This document shows, one piece after another, positions 38,071 through 47,146 of a DNA stretch of 64,000 nt. A program made the translations under genes and the position numbers. The stretch lies in the sequence record NC_070952.1; one strand, given 5' to 3'. The notes below the pieces were generated by a model that saw only the letters and a list, made by a program, of their open reading frames with translations, was not told the origin of the DNA and ran no database searches. Every line of letters starts with the position of its first letter. Within the stretch, counting starts at the first letter, position 1.

Positions 38071-39408
38071 ATGGTTAAGAAAGTGAAAGAACTGGATGTA
38101 GACGTGGCTGATACTATCGCTTTGAATGCTGCGGATGAAGTCAGTGTGTCACCTACAGAAGGCTTGTCGGTAATTGATGAAGAAGATATTCCTTTCTTGA
38201 AAAAGAATCCCCGCGTTGGGATTCGTCCTTGGCGAGGTAAAGTAACCGACGAGCCGGTTGTTGAAATTGCCGGTAAAACGTTTACTTTGCGCGATGTGGA
38301 AGATAAAGAAGTCGTCGATTTGAATTTGATTGGTCACCGGTTTCGCGAAAGCAAAAATATTCTTGCTTCTAGCGCGCGGAATCCATCCATCGGTCATAGT
38401 GGGTATTGGGAAACAACTAATGTATTGAGCCGTAAAGATGTTAAATTTAAACATGTCAATATTGATGGAGTTGACATTTATATCAGTAATGGTTCTCGCC
38501 TTATCGTTACTGAATCTTTCTCTACCGATGAGTACTATAATAGTCATACCGGTAAAAGTACCATCAAACCCGTTTTAATTTTATTGGCCAGTGAGATTAA
38601 AGCTAAGTCATTGACGCTGGTTGGTAAAACTGTACTTCGAAATAGCACCATCAGTAATGAAGGGTCGATAACATTGATTGACGCTACCTTACGAACTTCT
38701 TCAGTGAGTAGTAACGGACAATATTCGACTATTGATAGTTCATTCTTCCAAGGTTGTTATATCAGCACCGGCGGGGCGATCACTATCAGTGATGCCAATA
38801 TTTCTGAACTTTCGGTGAATGGAGTGGGTACCCTTTCTTTTGATCGTGTCACCGGCGGTTATGGTTTCAATTTAACGGCTTATGGTCAAGGTTCGGCAGG
38901 ACAGATATCGCTGGCGGTATTTAACCAATGTCTTTATGAGCACAATTTCCATCCTTATGGGATTAACGATAAGGACTACAGTCCAGCGTTAGATTTCCCA
39001 AAAATTAGCAACCTGACATTGGAAATCACCAAACGAATCGACTACGGTATGTTTGCGGGGACTAGACCTCTTCCTTTTGTTCGCATGAATCAAGCTGACA
39101 TTATGGTTGAAGGTCAAATCTTCAGTGTAAAAGAATTCTTCCCTGAATTACTTACCAAACAAGAACCACCAAAGATTCAAGAAGAAGGCTACCGTCCTGG
39201 TGGTTTCTTCCCATCTCCAATGCCGGCGTACACACCGGTCCATGGGAACTATTCTCGAGGCAGTGCTCTGTGGAATAAAGCAGCGGCCATTGCTTTTGGG
39301 AAAGAGAAGGCAGTGATTGGCAAAATTGGAGAAAGCATTGTCACTTCACTGCTGGATCAAATCCGGTCTCGTATTAACCTCTATATCGAGACCTCAACAC
39401 TAAACTAG
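38071..39408 (+). CDS. Hypothetical protein with a possible beta-helical middle region
   Basis: 445 aa with an S/T/I-rich short-period segment. Confidence 0.65.
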   Translation: MVKKVKELDVDVADTIALNAADEVSVSPTEGLSVIDEEDIPFLKKNPRVGIRPWRGKVTDEPVVEIAGKTFTLRDVEDKEVVDLNLIGHRFRESKNILASSARNPSIGHSGYWETTNVLSRKDVKFKHVNIDGVDIYISNGSRLIVTESFSTDEYYNSHTGKSTIKPVLILLASEIKAKSLTLVGKTVLRNSTISNEGSITLIDATLRTSSVSSNGQYSTIDSSFFQGCYISTGGAITISDANISELSVNGVGTLSFDRVTGGYGFNLTAYGQGSAGQISLAVFNQCLYEHNFHPYGINDKDYSPALDFPKISNLTLEITKRIDYGMFAGTRPLPFVRMNQADIMVEGQIFSVKEFFPELLTKQEPPKIQEEGYRPGGFFPSPMPAYTPVHGNYSRGSALWNKAAAIAFGKEKAVIGKIGESIVTSLLDQIRSRINLYIETSTLN

Positions 39409-39426
39409 AAAATATAAGGAGTCATT

Positions 39427-40134
39427 ATGTCTGACTTTGATACGGAAATCTTTAACCGAAACATCTCTACCGAATTACTTCGGTTGATGAGCGTTTTTGG
39501 TAACCTTCATGTCCACGTATCCGGGGAGGCGAAAGTTGACTTCCGTGGTGCATTGGGACAAAATAACGCCTGGGTAGGAATGACGAGTACAATTATTTCT
39601 GGTGATATTGGTTGTCTGCGCCCTTATGAATCTTATCCGACCTGTGCATTGGATAATGCGCTTGACTTCTTGTATAACCTGGAGTGTGCTCCACACCTCA
39701 ATAGTAGTATCAACGAAGAACATGTTCCAGATTCGGTACAGTGGAAAGCATTTGTAGATGAAATAGAAAAGGAAATGAAAAACCTGGTTGATACCAACTA
39801 CAAGAAACTGTACCAATTTGAACTGAAGTTGGAAGGGGCGAAAGTTCCAACTGTCATTGTAACATTGAAACCACTCTGTAACGAATTTGTATCCGGTGAA
39901 TTTATTGCCGCTAACAAGTACTCGTTCCTGGGTGTAATTGATGACTTTGACCAACCCAAGCTTAAGTCATGTTTTATTGTGGCTAACGGTAAGGAATATG
40001 AGGTTGAATTGGCTAAACTCATTTACTTCCGTAATAAGGCGTTCTTTGCTCCTGACAAAGGTGACTACTTAGTCAAAGACGAAGATACGGGGTTCTACGT
40101 TGTACTGCCTAAAGAAGACTACTCTATTCACTAA
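39427..40134 (+). CDS. Hypothetical protein
   Basis: AGGAG RBS; C-terminal KGDYLVKDED.GFY resembles PGDYG-type motifs. Confidence 0.65.
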   Translation: MSDFDTEIFNRNISTELLRLMSVFGNLHVHVSGEAKVDFRGALGQNNAWVGMTSTIISGDIGCLRPYESYPTCALDNALDFLYNLECAPHLNSSINEEHVPDSVQWKAFVDEIEKEMKNLVDTNYKKLYQFELKLEGAKVPTVIVTLKPLCNEFVSGEFIAANKYSFLGVIDDFDQPKLKSCFIVANGKEYEVELAKLIYFRNKAFFAPDKGDYLVKDEDTGFYVVLPKEDYSIH

Positions 40135-40136
40135 CT

Positions 40137-40169
40137 AAAAGGACGGGGGCGAAAGCTCTCGTCCCTTTT
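40137..40169 (+). terminator. Intrinsic terminator with GAAA loop
   Basis: ggacgggggc-gaaa-gctctcgtcc followed by ctttt. Confidence 0.7.
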
Positions 40170-40180
40170 CACTTACATTA

Positions 40181-40208
40181 TTTTTTGGCTCTATATTATC
40201 ATGGTGTA
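40181..40208 (+). promoter_or_regulatory. Putative phage early promoter
   Basis: ttttttggctctatattatcatggtgta directly after a terminator. Confidence 0.55.
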
Positions 40209-40236
40209 ATGTAAATCAAATATTTAAGGATTTGTT

Positions 40237-40395
40237 ATGGATAGTAAAACAGCAGAAGTTAATGAAATCCTCATTGAACTTGCTGACCGTCTGGGTACTC
40301 TTCAGTTGAAACTCAAAGAAGCTGAAGGTGAAGAACGTGAGCGTCTAATGGAAATAGCGCATACCGTCCGTAAAGATTTAGATACGCTGATTTAA
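40237..40395 (+). CDS. 52-aa helical protein absent from the ORF track
   Basis: AAGGA RBS; MDSKTAEVNEILIELADRLGTLQLKLKEAEGEERERLMEIAHTVRKDLDTLI. Confidence 0.65.
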   Translation: MDSKTAEVNEILIELADRLGTLQLKLKEAEGEERERLMEIAHTVRKDLDTLI

Positions 40396-40444
40396 ACAAC
40401 GGTAGTTAACCCCCAACCCCATTATTGATTAGAAGGAAAGACCA

Positions 40445-40918
40445 ATGAACACCCCAGCTAAAAAGCCATTCACTCCAGCTCCACGCATGAACATCCTGAA
40501 AGACCAGCTTAAAGACCAGCGCTTTGGTTTGATTAACAAAGTCAAGGTTCTGCGTGAACAACGCCAAGCACTGAAAGGTGTGAAGGGTTCTGGTCAGCAG
40601 TGGGCTGAACTGTGCGCTCAGATTGATGAGCTGCAAGCGAAGATCGACCTGCTCAGCAAATCCCTGGGTCTGCCAGTGAAAGACCGTAATGTTCTCAACG
40701 CTGCGCTGACTTTAGAAGGTCGCCAAGCTTCTGGTTCTTCACCATGTCTTTACACAGACGGTAAGACCGCCACTGATCTCGGTTATAAACTCGCTCCGTC
40801 AATTGCAGATAAACCTCAGCATCATCAGAAACATTCTCCTGAAGGCCGTGTTGATCTTGTTGGTAATCAGGGCAATAGTTGGGATGATCACCAGTCTACC
40901 CCTGAAGACTTCAAATAA
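40445..40918 (+). CDS. Coiled-coil hypothetical protein
   Basis: AAGGA RBS; heptad-like N-terminal half. Confidence 0.7.
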   Translation: MNTPAKKPFTPAPRMNILKDQLKDQRFGLINKVKVLREQRQALKGVKGSGQQWAELCAQIDELQAKIDLLSKSLGLPVKDRNVLNAALTLEGRQASGSSPCLYTDGKTATDLGYKLAPSIADKPQHHQKHSPEGRVDLVGNQGNSWDDHQSTPEDFK

Positions 40919-40962
40919 GTCTTTCTAATGGAGGGAGGAAACTCCCTCGTTGTGAGGTCCTC

Positions 40963-41100
40963 GTGGAATATCAAATCTGTAGTGGTTGTCGCTGTAAGTT
41001 GTGTGACGATGAGACCTTTGGCATTTATGAGGTGTGGTGCTACAACTGTTGGCACCGTATCGGTAAAACAATCGAAACTGATGAAGAAGAGGATGAATAA
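40963..41100 (+). CDS. 45-aa zinc-finger-like protein absent from the ORF track
   Basis: GAGG RBS and GTG start; CSGCRC.L...E.FG.....CYNC has the same spacing as the motif in 41872. Confidence 0.6.
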   Translation: MEYQICSGCRCKLCDDETFGIYEVWCYNCWHRIGKTIETDEEEDE

Positions 41101-41667
41101 ATGAAAGACATCTTTAGCCCGCATGTTCGTGAAGTTCATATTACTGAAAGTCGTAAGCTGCATTTGCGTGTCACGGGTATCGGTCAGGCGATTGACATTC
41201 TCTCTTTCATTTCAGCTTCTCTGAAAATCTTGGGACCTAAAAATCCTGAAGCCTCAGTGGTGCTTGGTGAGAAAGGTTGTGAGGGAACAGAAAAGGTAGT
41301 GATCTATTACGCCCAGAAAGAGAAACCGCACCACAAGAATGTTTACGTTGTTAATCTGAGCCCAAATTGTCGTTCCGCAACAACGCTTATCTTCAACGAA
41401 GATGATGTCGTTAAAGTTGATAAGCGATTGAAGCAATTGATTCGTCGTTTTGCTCAAGAGGTAGAAAAGGTTCAGTCACGTAAACCTACTTCAGCTACCT
41501 GTAATGTAAACACCCAGATGGTAGGTCGTATCAGACCTTTAAATGATGTAAATGTTACTAAACTTATCGGTGAGCCGATGGAATGTCGTGATGGTCGTTA
41601 TTATCCATCAAAAGCTTATCTGCATCAGCGTGTATTAGTGCTGGGTAGAAAGAAGGAAAGTGAATGA
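41101..41667 (+). CDS. Hypothetical protein
   Basis: 188-aa ORF with coupled start. Confidence 0.65.
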   Translation: MKDIFSPHVREVHITESRKLHLRVTGIGQAIDILSFISASLKILGPKNPEASVVLGEKGCEGTEKVVIYYAQKEKPHHKNVYVVNLSPNCRSATTLIFNEDDVVKVDKRLKQLIRRFAQEVEKVQSRKPTSATCNVNTQMVGRIRPLNDVNVTKLIGEPMECRDGRYYPSKAYLHQRVLVLGRKKESE

Positions 41668-41879
41668 CAAGACAGGAACATCTTGAACAACTTCAAGAAA
41701 ATCTTCGTAGAGCACGAGCTTACGGAGATCGACTTAAGGCAAACGAAATCGTTCTCGAGATTTATGACCTTGAGAAAGTTAAAGATGAAGAGTATGTGAC
41801 GTATACCCGTGTAAATAAAATGTACGCCTCACATTCTGTCGTCTCCGGTATTCAATCTGGAAAGATTAAGAATGGGTAA
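41664..41879 (+). CDS. Small hypothetical protein
   Basis: AAGGA RBS, overlapping operon arrangement. Confidence 0.6.
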   Translation: MTRQEHLEQLQENLRRARAYGDRLKANEIVLEIYDLEKVKDEEYVTYTRVNKMYASHSVVSGIQSGKIKNG

Positions 41880-42102
41880 ACCTTTCGGCAGTATCTTAGA
41901 AGGCGCTGTGGTACGCAAGATTAACAATCTTAAGTTAGCCGCCGGCCAAATGAACGAAAAACTGAAAATGTCTTTCGTTAACAAAACCCCATACAGTAAA
42001 TGTATGGATTGTGGATGTCCTTTAACTCAGACCGAAGTATACGGCGAGTGGGACGATTATTGTATTGATTGTTATATAGAGGAAAGTTCAAATGAAAAAT
42101 GA
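41872..42102 (+). CDS. Small zinc-finger-like protein
   Basis: CMDCGC.L...E.YG.....CIDC. Confidence 0.6.
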   Translation: MGKPFGSILEGAVVRKINNLKLAAGQMNEKLKMSFVNKTPYSKCMDCGCPLTQTEVYGEWDDYCIDCYIEESSNEK

Positions 42103-42295
42103 TTTCGCTGCAGTACTGAAACGTGTTATGGGCCGTATGAATAACCGCACTACTTCTACCACTCAGGTTACTGAAGTGACTCTGGAAGAACAGCTGCGTA
42201 TTCTGGCTCGTGTTAAAGCACAGAACAATGTGGACCGTTCCCACACCAACCCACGTCGTGTTAACCGTGATCTTAACGAGTTTTATAAAGGATAA
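42092..42295 (+). CDS. Small basic hypothetical protein
   Basis: GAGG RBS, coupled. Confidence 0.6.
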   Translation: MKNDFAAVLKRVMGRMNNRTTSTTQVTEVTLEEQLRILARVKAQNNVDRSHTNPRRVNRDLNEFYKG

Positions 42296-42298
42296 GTT

Positions 42299-42520
42299 AT
42301 GTCGAACAAGAAAGTTATTTCGGTTGGTCGTACCAAAGCCAGACGTATCGTGGGAATTGATCCCAAGAACATGACGCGTCTTCAGCGTGACACCATGATC
42401 GGATATCATATAGCCGATATTCGGCTGGCGGTGGCGGCTGACATGTATGGTGATGTTATCATGTTCGCAAATCGTATTAAGCTGCTCGCTGAGTTTAATG
42501 AAGCCGAGAAAACCGAGTAA
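42299..42520 (+). CDS. Small hypothetical protein
   Basis: AAGGA RBS. Confidence 0.6.
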   Translation: MSNKKVISVGRTKARRIVGIDPKNMTRLQRDTMIGYHIADIRLAVAADMYGDVIMFANRIKLLAEFNEAEKTE

Positions 42521-42576
42521 GAGTTATTTACTTGTAAGACCTCATATTAAAATTGATAAAGAAGGAAAGTAGCAAA

Positions 42577-43209
42577 ATGGCAAAGCCCAAGAAAGTTCGC
42601 ACTAAAAAGTTTAATCCTAATATGGCAATGAGTCACCACGTTGCCGCGGCATTAAACAGTGCGATCAATAAGTTTTACATCATCGGGGATATGAATCACG
42701 ACCCGATGTCATTCCATACCAGTCAAGTTAATATGACGCTGAAAGGTTTGGCGTTAAAAATTGGCCTGCAAGAAATGACCAAATTCTTTTATAAAGAACG
42801 TCGTAATTGGATGTTTGCTGTATACCATTTCTTTAAGGTAGATGGAAAGATGGAAGTGGTTCCATCTATCATGCGGATTGAGGACGCGCTTCTGAATGAA
42901 GTTGCTGACGCCGCAGAAGAAAACATTCAACTTCTAAAAGACTCGATCATCGGCACAGATGAAGGTTTAACAGAAGAGAATTATGTTTTCTATGGGTATT
43001 ACATTAATTACGAAGACGGTCTTCGTATGGACCTGATGGAAGATGACATAATTAATTCCCTGTTCAAGGTCAACAATGACTTTGAAGAGATTAAACCTGA
43101 GGTGCGCACCTGCACCGCCGAAAAAGTCCTGCGTGCTATCGCTGGTGAAAAATTCTCACTGGCCAATAGTCATGCTATCAAAACTAATATGATCGAGGAG
43201 ATTGCATAA
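42577..43209 (+). CDS. Hypothetical protein
   Basis: ATG after AAGGA (MAKPKKVRTKK...). Confidence 0.7.
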   Translation: MAKPKKVRTKKFNPNMAMSHHVAAALNSAINKFYIIGDMNHDPMSFHTSQVNMTLKGLALKIGLQEMTKFFYKERRNWMFAVYHFFKVDGKMEVVPSIMRIEDALLNEVADAAEENIQLLKDSIIGTDEGLTEENYVFYGYYINYEDGLRMDLMEDDIINSLFKVNNDFEEIKPEVRTCTAEKVLRAIAGEKFSLANSHAIKTNMIEEIA

Positions 43210-43562
43210 TGTTACACGTATTAAAATTCACTAGCTACGCCGAAGTACATGACGAGTTCACCGTTGATATGACTCTGACTGCAGAGTTCGAAGGCGAGAC
43301 CCTGACTGCTACTTCACCAACCATCGCCCAGTCTAAAGCGGTTGATTCCGTTCTGGATAAAAGTGTTCGTTCCCTTGTTGAAGATATTGTGGAACAAGCT
43401 TTGAAAATTTCTGCTGAAAAGAAACTGTTGGATATCAATCTTGGCGGCATGACCTTCCAAGATAAAATGTCCATGTTCTTTATTCGCCAGACCGTTGGCT
43501 TCACTAACGACATGTACAAGTCCTGTCGTAACGTCAATGTGATCTTACTGGGTATCTGGTAA
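43209..43562 (+). CDS. Hypothetical protein
   Basis: GAGGAG RBS, TAATG coupling. Confidence 0.65.
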   Translation: MLHVLKFTSYAEVHDEFTVDMTLTAEFEGETLTATSPTIAQSKAVDSVLDKSVRSLVEDIVEQALKISAEKKLLDINLGGMTFQDKMSMFFIRQTVGFTNDMYKSCRNVNVILLGIW

Positions 43563-44053
43563 TGTTTGGATTGAAGAAGAGAATGCGGTACGGGAGTACT
43601 CGTATCGTATTTGTGTTTGATAAGTTTGTCATCAAGGTTCCCTACTATAAGAATTGGAAACGGTTCTTAAAGGGATTGATCTCTAATCTTAATGAGGTCA
43701 TGCTCTCTTCTTCTTATCCCGATTCACGTTATTTGGTTCCGGTCACTTGGAGTCTTCCAGGTGGCTGGTTACTTGTAATGCCTAATGTCAGAGATTGTGC
43801 TGAGCCATTGGTCACTGCTTTCATGGTTGATTTATTCCGGTGTTATGATCCGGAGGACCAAGAAGCCGATGAGGTCAAACGCTACTGCGAATACATCGTT
43901 GACAATTACGGTATGTACAAAGGTAAACCAATGTGTCGTGATTACGGAACATACATGCCTGTCGCTGCAACGCAACAGGTTATTGATCGAGAGCTGGATA
44001 TGCGTGACTGGGTCCTGCAAGAAAGGATAAAAGATGCTGAAATCTGCGAATAA
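43562..44053 (+). CDS. Minimal protein-kinase-like fold protein
   Basis: GSTRIVF...VIKVP (Gly-loop-like strand and beta-3 Lys), N.NE helix, DNYG and DYG motifs. Confidence 0.5.
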   Translation: MFGLKKRMRYGSTRIVFVFDKFVIKVPYYKNWKRFLKGLISNLNEVMLSSSYPDSRYLVPVTWSLPGGWLLVMPNVRDCAEPLVTAFMVDLFRCYDPEDQEADEVKRYCEYIVDNYGMYKGKPMCRDYGTYMPVAATQQVIDRELDMRDWVLQERIKDAEICE

Positions 44054-44528
44054 AATAAGTTTCTGGCGCAACCCAACGGGATGGTTAATCCGTTGGGTGA
44101 CTAAATCCAATATGCCCTTGTTGTGGAAAGCAGACATTATTCGTTGGCATATGAACTGGAAGACATATCGGCGCCACTTCAAAGATCAACTATTGGGTAC
44201 GTTTGTTGTTGTGACCGTGAGTACTCTGGAAGATTGGACTATTGTCAAAGGAAAGTTTACTGAGTCACGTGTTCGCCGAATTAAGTATCGGTGGAAACGC
44301 GCAAAGATTCCCTTTGCTTATCCCAAGATTCGTTGTGGAGTCCAATGTGTCGACGAACAGGCAACGCCGTTGGGCGATATTCCATTTGAAACATTGGCTT
44401 TAGTCAATGACAGGATGTTTGAATATCGCCAGCGTGTCGAAGCCTCTAACGAAAAGCGCGCCAACCATCAGAAGTTAAAAGCTTCTATCATTGATCACAA
44501 ATTTCAGGAGTACAATCATGACGCCTAG
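44034..44528 (+). CDS. Hypothetical basic protein
   Basis: 164-aa ORF overlapping its neighbours. Confidence 0.6.
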   Translation: MLKSANKISFWRNPTGWLIRWVTKSNMPLLWKADIIRWHMNWKTYRRHFKDQLLGTFVVVTVSTLEDWTIVKGKFTESRVRRIKYRWKRAKIPFAYPKIRCGVQCVDEQATPLGDIPFETLALVNDRMFEYRQRVEASNEKRANHQKLKASIIDHKFQEYNHDA

Positions 44529-45276
44529 AACAAAAGAACTGATTACGCTGACAGATATTGATGTACAGTCTAATCGTCCAGAGATCGCCATTACCATGTC
44601 CGGTGGTCTGCATGCACTGAAGGGGATTACGGTTCACCAGAACATCTGGGAAACCATTGGCTTCTTGGCCTGTGAACTTACCACCGCCCCACCTGTCATT
44701 CGTGATATTAGTTTTAAGGGTCCTGCAGATCTCAGGAAGTTCTTTCACTTTGATATTGACTCAGACTTGGCTCTGAAAATGGCGGCTCAGTATCACGAGC
44801 TGGGAGATTGCGATCTTACCCGAATGAACGAAGATATTATCAACGGGTTTGATGAAGTCAATGGTAATAACACAGTTTCTCAGTCAGTGGGTTGTTCTAA
44901 CCTGGCCGTAGGTATCAGTACTGGTAAAATCGATTTGACTGACAAAGAACCAGAAATGGATTGGGCAGATAAGTTGGCCAACATTATCTTTGCGGGCGAT
45001 GCCTATGACCCTGAACAACAGGGTGTAAATTTCGTTCATGAAGATCTTGATGATAACAAAGAAGTTGATCTGAATGTCGTTCAGGCGGTGGGGAATGTAT
45101 TTGTAACTGGAGTGATTGGGGATGTGAATATCCGCATCTACAAGTCCCACGTCGTCCAGGTGTTTATCGGTACAGATGAGGGGTTCGGTGAATATCCAAC
45201 ACAGATATTCAGTATCGATAATAAAAAGTCATTCATTACTTCCGTTCAGCGTCTGATTTCAACACAACTTTCTTAA
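44518..45276 (+). CDS. Hypothetical acidic protein
   Basis: ATG after AGGAG. Confidence 0.7.
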   Translation: MTPRTKELITLTDIDVQSNRPEIAITMSGGLHALKGITVHQNIWETIGFLACELTTAPPVIRDISFKGPADLRKFFHFDIDSDLALKMAAQYHELGDCDLTRMNEDIINGFDEVNGNNTVSQSVGCSNLAVGISTGKIDLTDKEPEMDWADKLANIIFAGDAYDPEQQGVNFVHEDLDDNKEVDLNVVQAVGNVFVTGVIGDVNIRIYKSHVVQVFIGTDEGFGEYPTQIFSIDNKKSFITSVQRLISTQLS

Positions 45277-45282
45277 TAACTC

Positions 45283-45310
45283 GCTTAGGTATCCATATGG
45301 ATACCTAAGC
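45283..45310 (+). terminator. Perfect 28-bp palindrome, putative terminator
   Basis: gcttaggtatccat|atggatacctaagc followed by tttt. Confidence 0.7.
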
Positions 45311-45331
45311 TTTTAACTGTGAGAATTTTTT

Positions 45332-45814
45332 ATGTTACTTTCCCGTATTACCAAATATGAACTTGATATGCCACGTGATGAGAAAGTCGAATTCACAATG
45401 AGTGAGTTAATTGCTTTTATTATCTGGTGTGTTTTAGCTTATCACAAGAAATGTCCTGAACTTAAATTGAACGGCATGAACATCCGTCGGGATGGTGAAG
45501 TGATTAAGATTGGAAATTGTAAAGGTGCGTTGGCTGTGGGTAATATTCCGAACCTGGTGTCGGAGATGACCACACTCATGCCATACTTCACATTTCCATC
45601 GGTAATGAGTATTCCAGAACGCTGTTTAAACAGCGTTCGTTTCAAGGGTGAGTTATTGGGTTACTTCGATGCAAATAACGAGAGCTTGCTTCCTGTGGTG
45701 TTACGGCCCGATACGGTAGAAGAAAAGTTTCATGTTATTCTTGGTAAGGAGTTCACGGGAAAGAGTAATTTCTCTCGGTATAAATTTAAAGATCTTAGCA
45801 AAGGTCAAATTTAA
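45332..45814 (+). CDS. Hypothetical protein
   Basis: 160-aa ORF. Confidence 0.65.
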   Translation: MLLSRITKYELDMPRDEKVEFTMSELIAFIIWCVLAYHKKCPELKLNGMNIRRDGEVIKIGNCKGALAVGNIPNLVSEMTTLMPYFTFPSVMSIPERCLNSVRFKGELLGYFDANNESLLPVVLRPDTVEEKFHVILGKEFTGKSNFSRYKFKDLSKGQI

Positions 45815-45824
45815 GGGTTGCGTT

Positions 45825-46250
45825 ATGTATAGTTTAATAAATCCGTGGATTAGATTCTATATCATATATACCTTTTTGAATATCGGGTTCGCGTATTGCA
45901 TGAACTTCGTTATTTATTACAATGACGATCCTGTTGGTACTGCGCTGTTAATGATAGTCCTGGGATATCTGGTGTCCCTTTTTGGAATTGTTCAAATCTA
46001 TAAAAAATATTACAGAGAAGGGCTTATCAGAAAAGCCGGGCTGACTTATAGTCAGGCTGAGGATTATGTTAATATTGGCATTAATCGCACCTTCTTTGAA
46101 AAGGGTGATGACACCGCAACGATACTGAAGAACATGGGGATGTTTCAGAATCAGGCCGATAAATTAGAACCACAACCTAAACCTAAAGAGTTTATTGATT
46201 ATATCAATAAGTATCCTAAATTTTATCAGATATTAAAACACTACCATTAA
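45825..46250 (+). CDS. Membrane protein (2 TM)
   Basis: Two hydrophobic segments; start reassigned to ATG 45825. Confidence 0.6.
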   Translation: MYSLINPWIRFYIIYTFLNIGFAYCMNFVIYYNDDPVGTALLMIVLGYLVSLFGIVQIYKKYYREGLIRKAGLTYSQAEDYVNIGINRTFFEKGDDTATILKNMGMFQNQADKLEPQPKPKEFIDYINKYPKFYQILKHYH

Positions 46251-46265
46251 TTAAGGAACTAATAA

Positions 46266-46613
46266 ATGAAACATGTAGTTGTTCTTGTAATAGCGGTAGG
46301 TATGATCGGGGTAGGTGTGTTCATGGATACTCCGCATGCCTTGGCTGAGAACATCTCGGGTAATCATTATGTTAAAGGTAAGATTCTGGCCGTAGAGTCC
46401 TGTTTTAACAGTAAGTCAAAATCGGATTCTAATTGCCTGAGTGTTATTGAAAGTAATGGTAGTAAACACACCGCTATGGTCATCGGTGATCCTCAACTGG
46501 GTCACACTGTCTATCTCGAATGTGAAACGAACAATGGGTTCACTCACTGCAACAAAGAGTGGGGAACATCTGTAGGTGAACGTTATTTACAAGGTGGCGA
46601 GATCACCCAATAA
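46266..46613 (+). CDS. Secreted/periplasmic Cys-containing protein
   Basis: Signal peptide ending PHALA; four Cys in two likely disulfide pairs. Confidence 0.65.
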   Translation: MKHVVVLVIAVGMIGVGVFMDTPHALAENISGNHYVKGKILAVESCFNSKSKSDSNCLSVIESNGSKHTAMVIGDPQLGHTVYLECETNNGFTHCNKEWGTSVGERYLQGGEITQ

Positions 46614-46622
46614 GGAATTGAC

Positions 46623-47141
46623 ATGACTATTAATGTTATTACGTTGTTTGAAATTGAAATCGGTGGACCACTTCAGAAACGCAGCTTAGATAAAACATAT
46701 CTTACTGCCTTGTCTATCTGGTTGGTTGAAGGGATTAATAACCCAGATGTTCCACCATTAAGTTTCCTTACTAACCCGTTTATCTGGCGTGTTAACCCAG
46801 AGAAAGGCGATCCGTACTTTAAAGTGTCTGGTTGCGATACCGGAATGAACTTCCTGGAAGCACGACAACTAATGGAAGATATCGGTAAGTTGGCGTCAGA
46901 CTATCTACTTATGGATGATACTTATCCTGATTGGTATGACCATCCCAAAAATAACATGCCGGGGGACGATGGTCGGTATAAGGTAAGGGCTCTGGAAGAC
47001 GGGTTACTGACCTACATCGATGGTCATCGTGATATGCCAATTCTCCCTATCGCATTGAAGTTGGATAAAGAATCTGCGTCCTACAAGTTTATTGTGGGAT
47101 CAAAAGAATCTGGATCTTCACCTTACTACAAATTTGGATAA
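46623..47141 (+). CDS. Hypothetical protein
   Basis: AAGGA RBS. Confidence 0.65.
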   Translation: MTINVITLFEIEIGGPLQKRSLDKTYLTALSIWLVEGINNPDVPPLSFLTNPFIWRVNPEKGDPYFKVSGCDTGMNFLEARQLMEDIGKLASDYLLMDDTYPDWYDHPKNNMPGDDGRYKVRALEDGLLTYIDGHRDMPILPIALKLDKESASYKFIVGSKESGSSPYYKFG

Positions 47142-47146
47142 CTATT

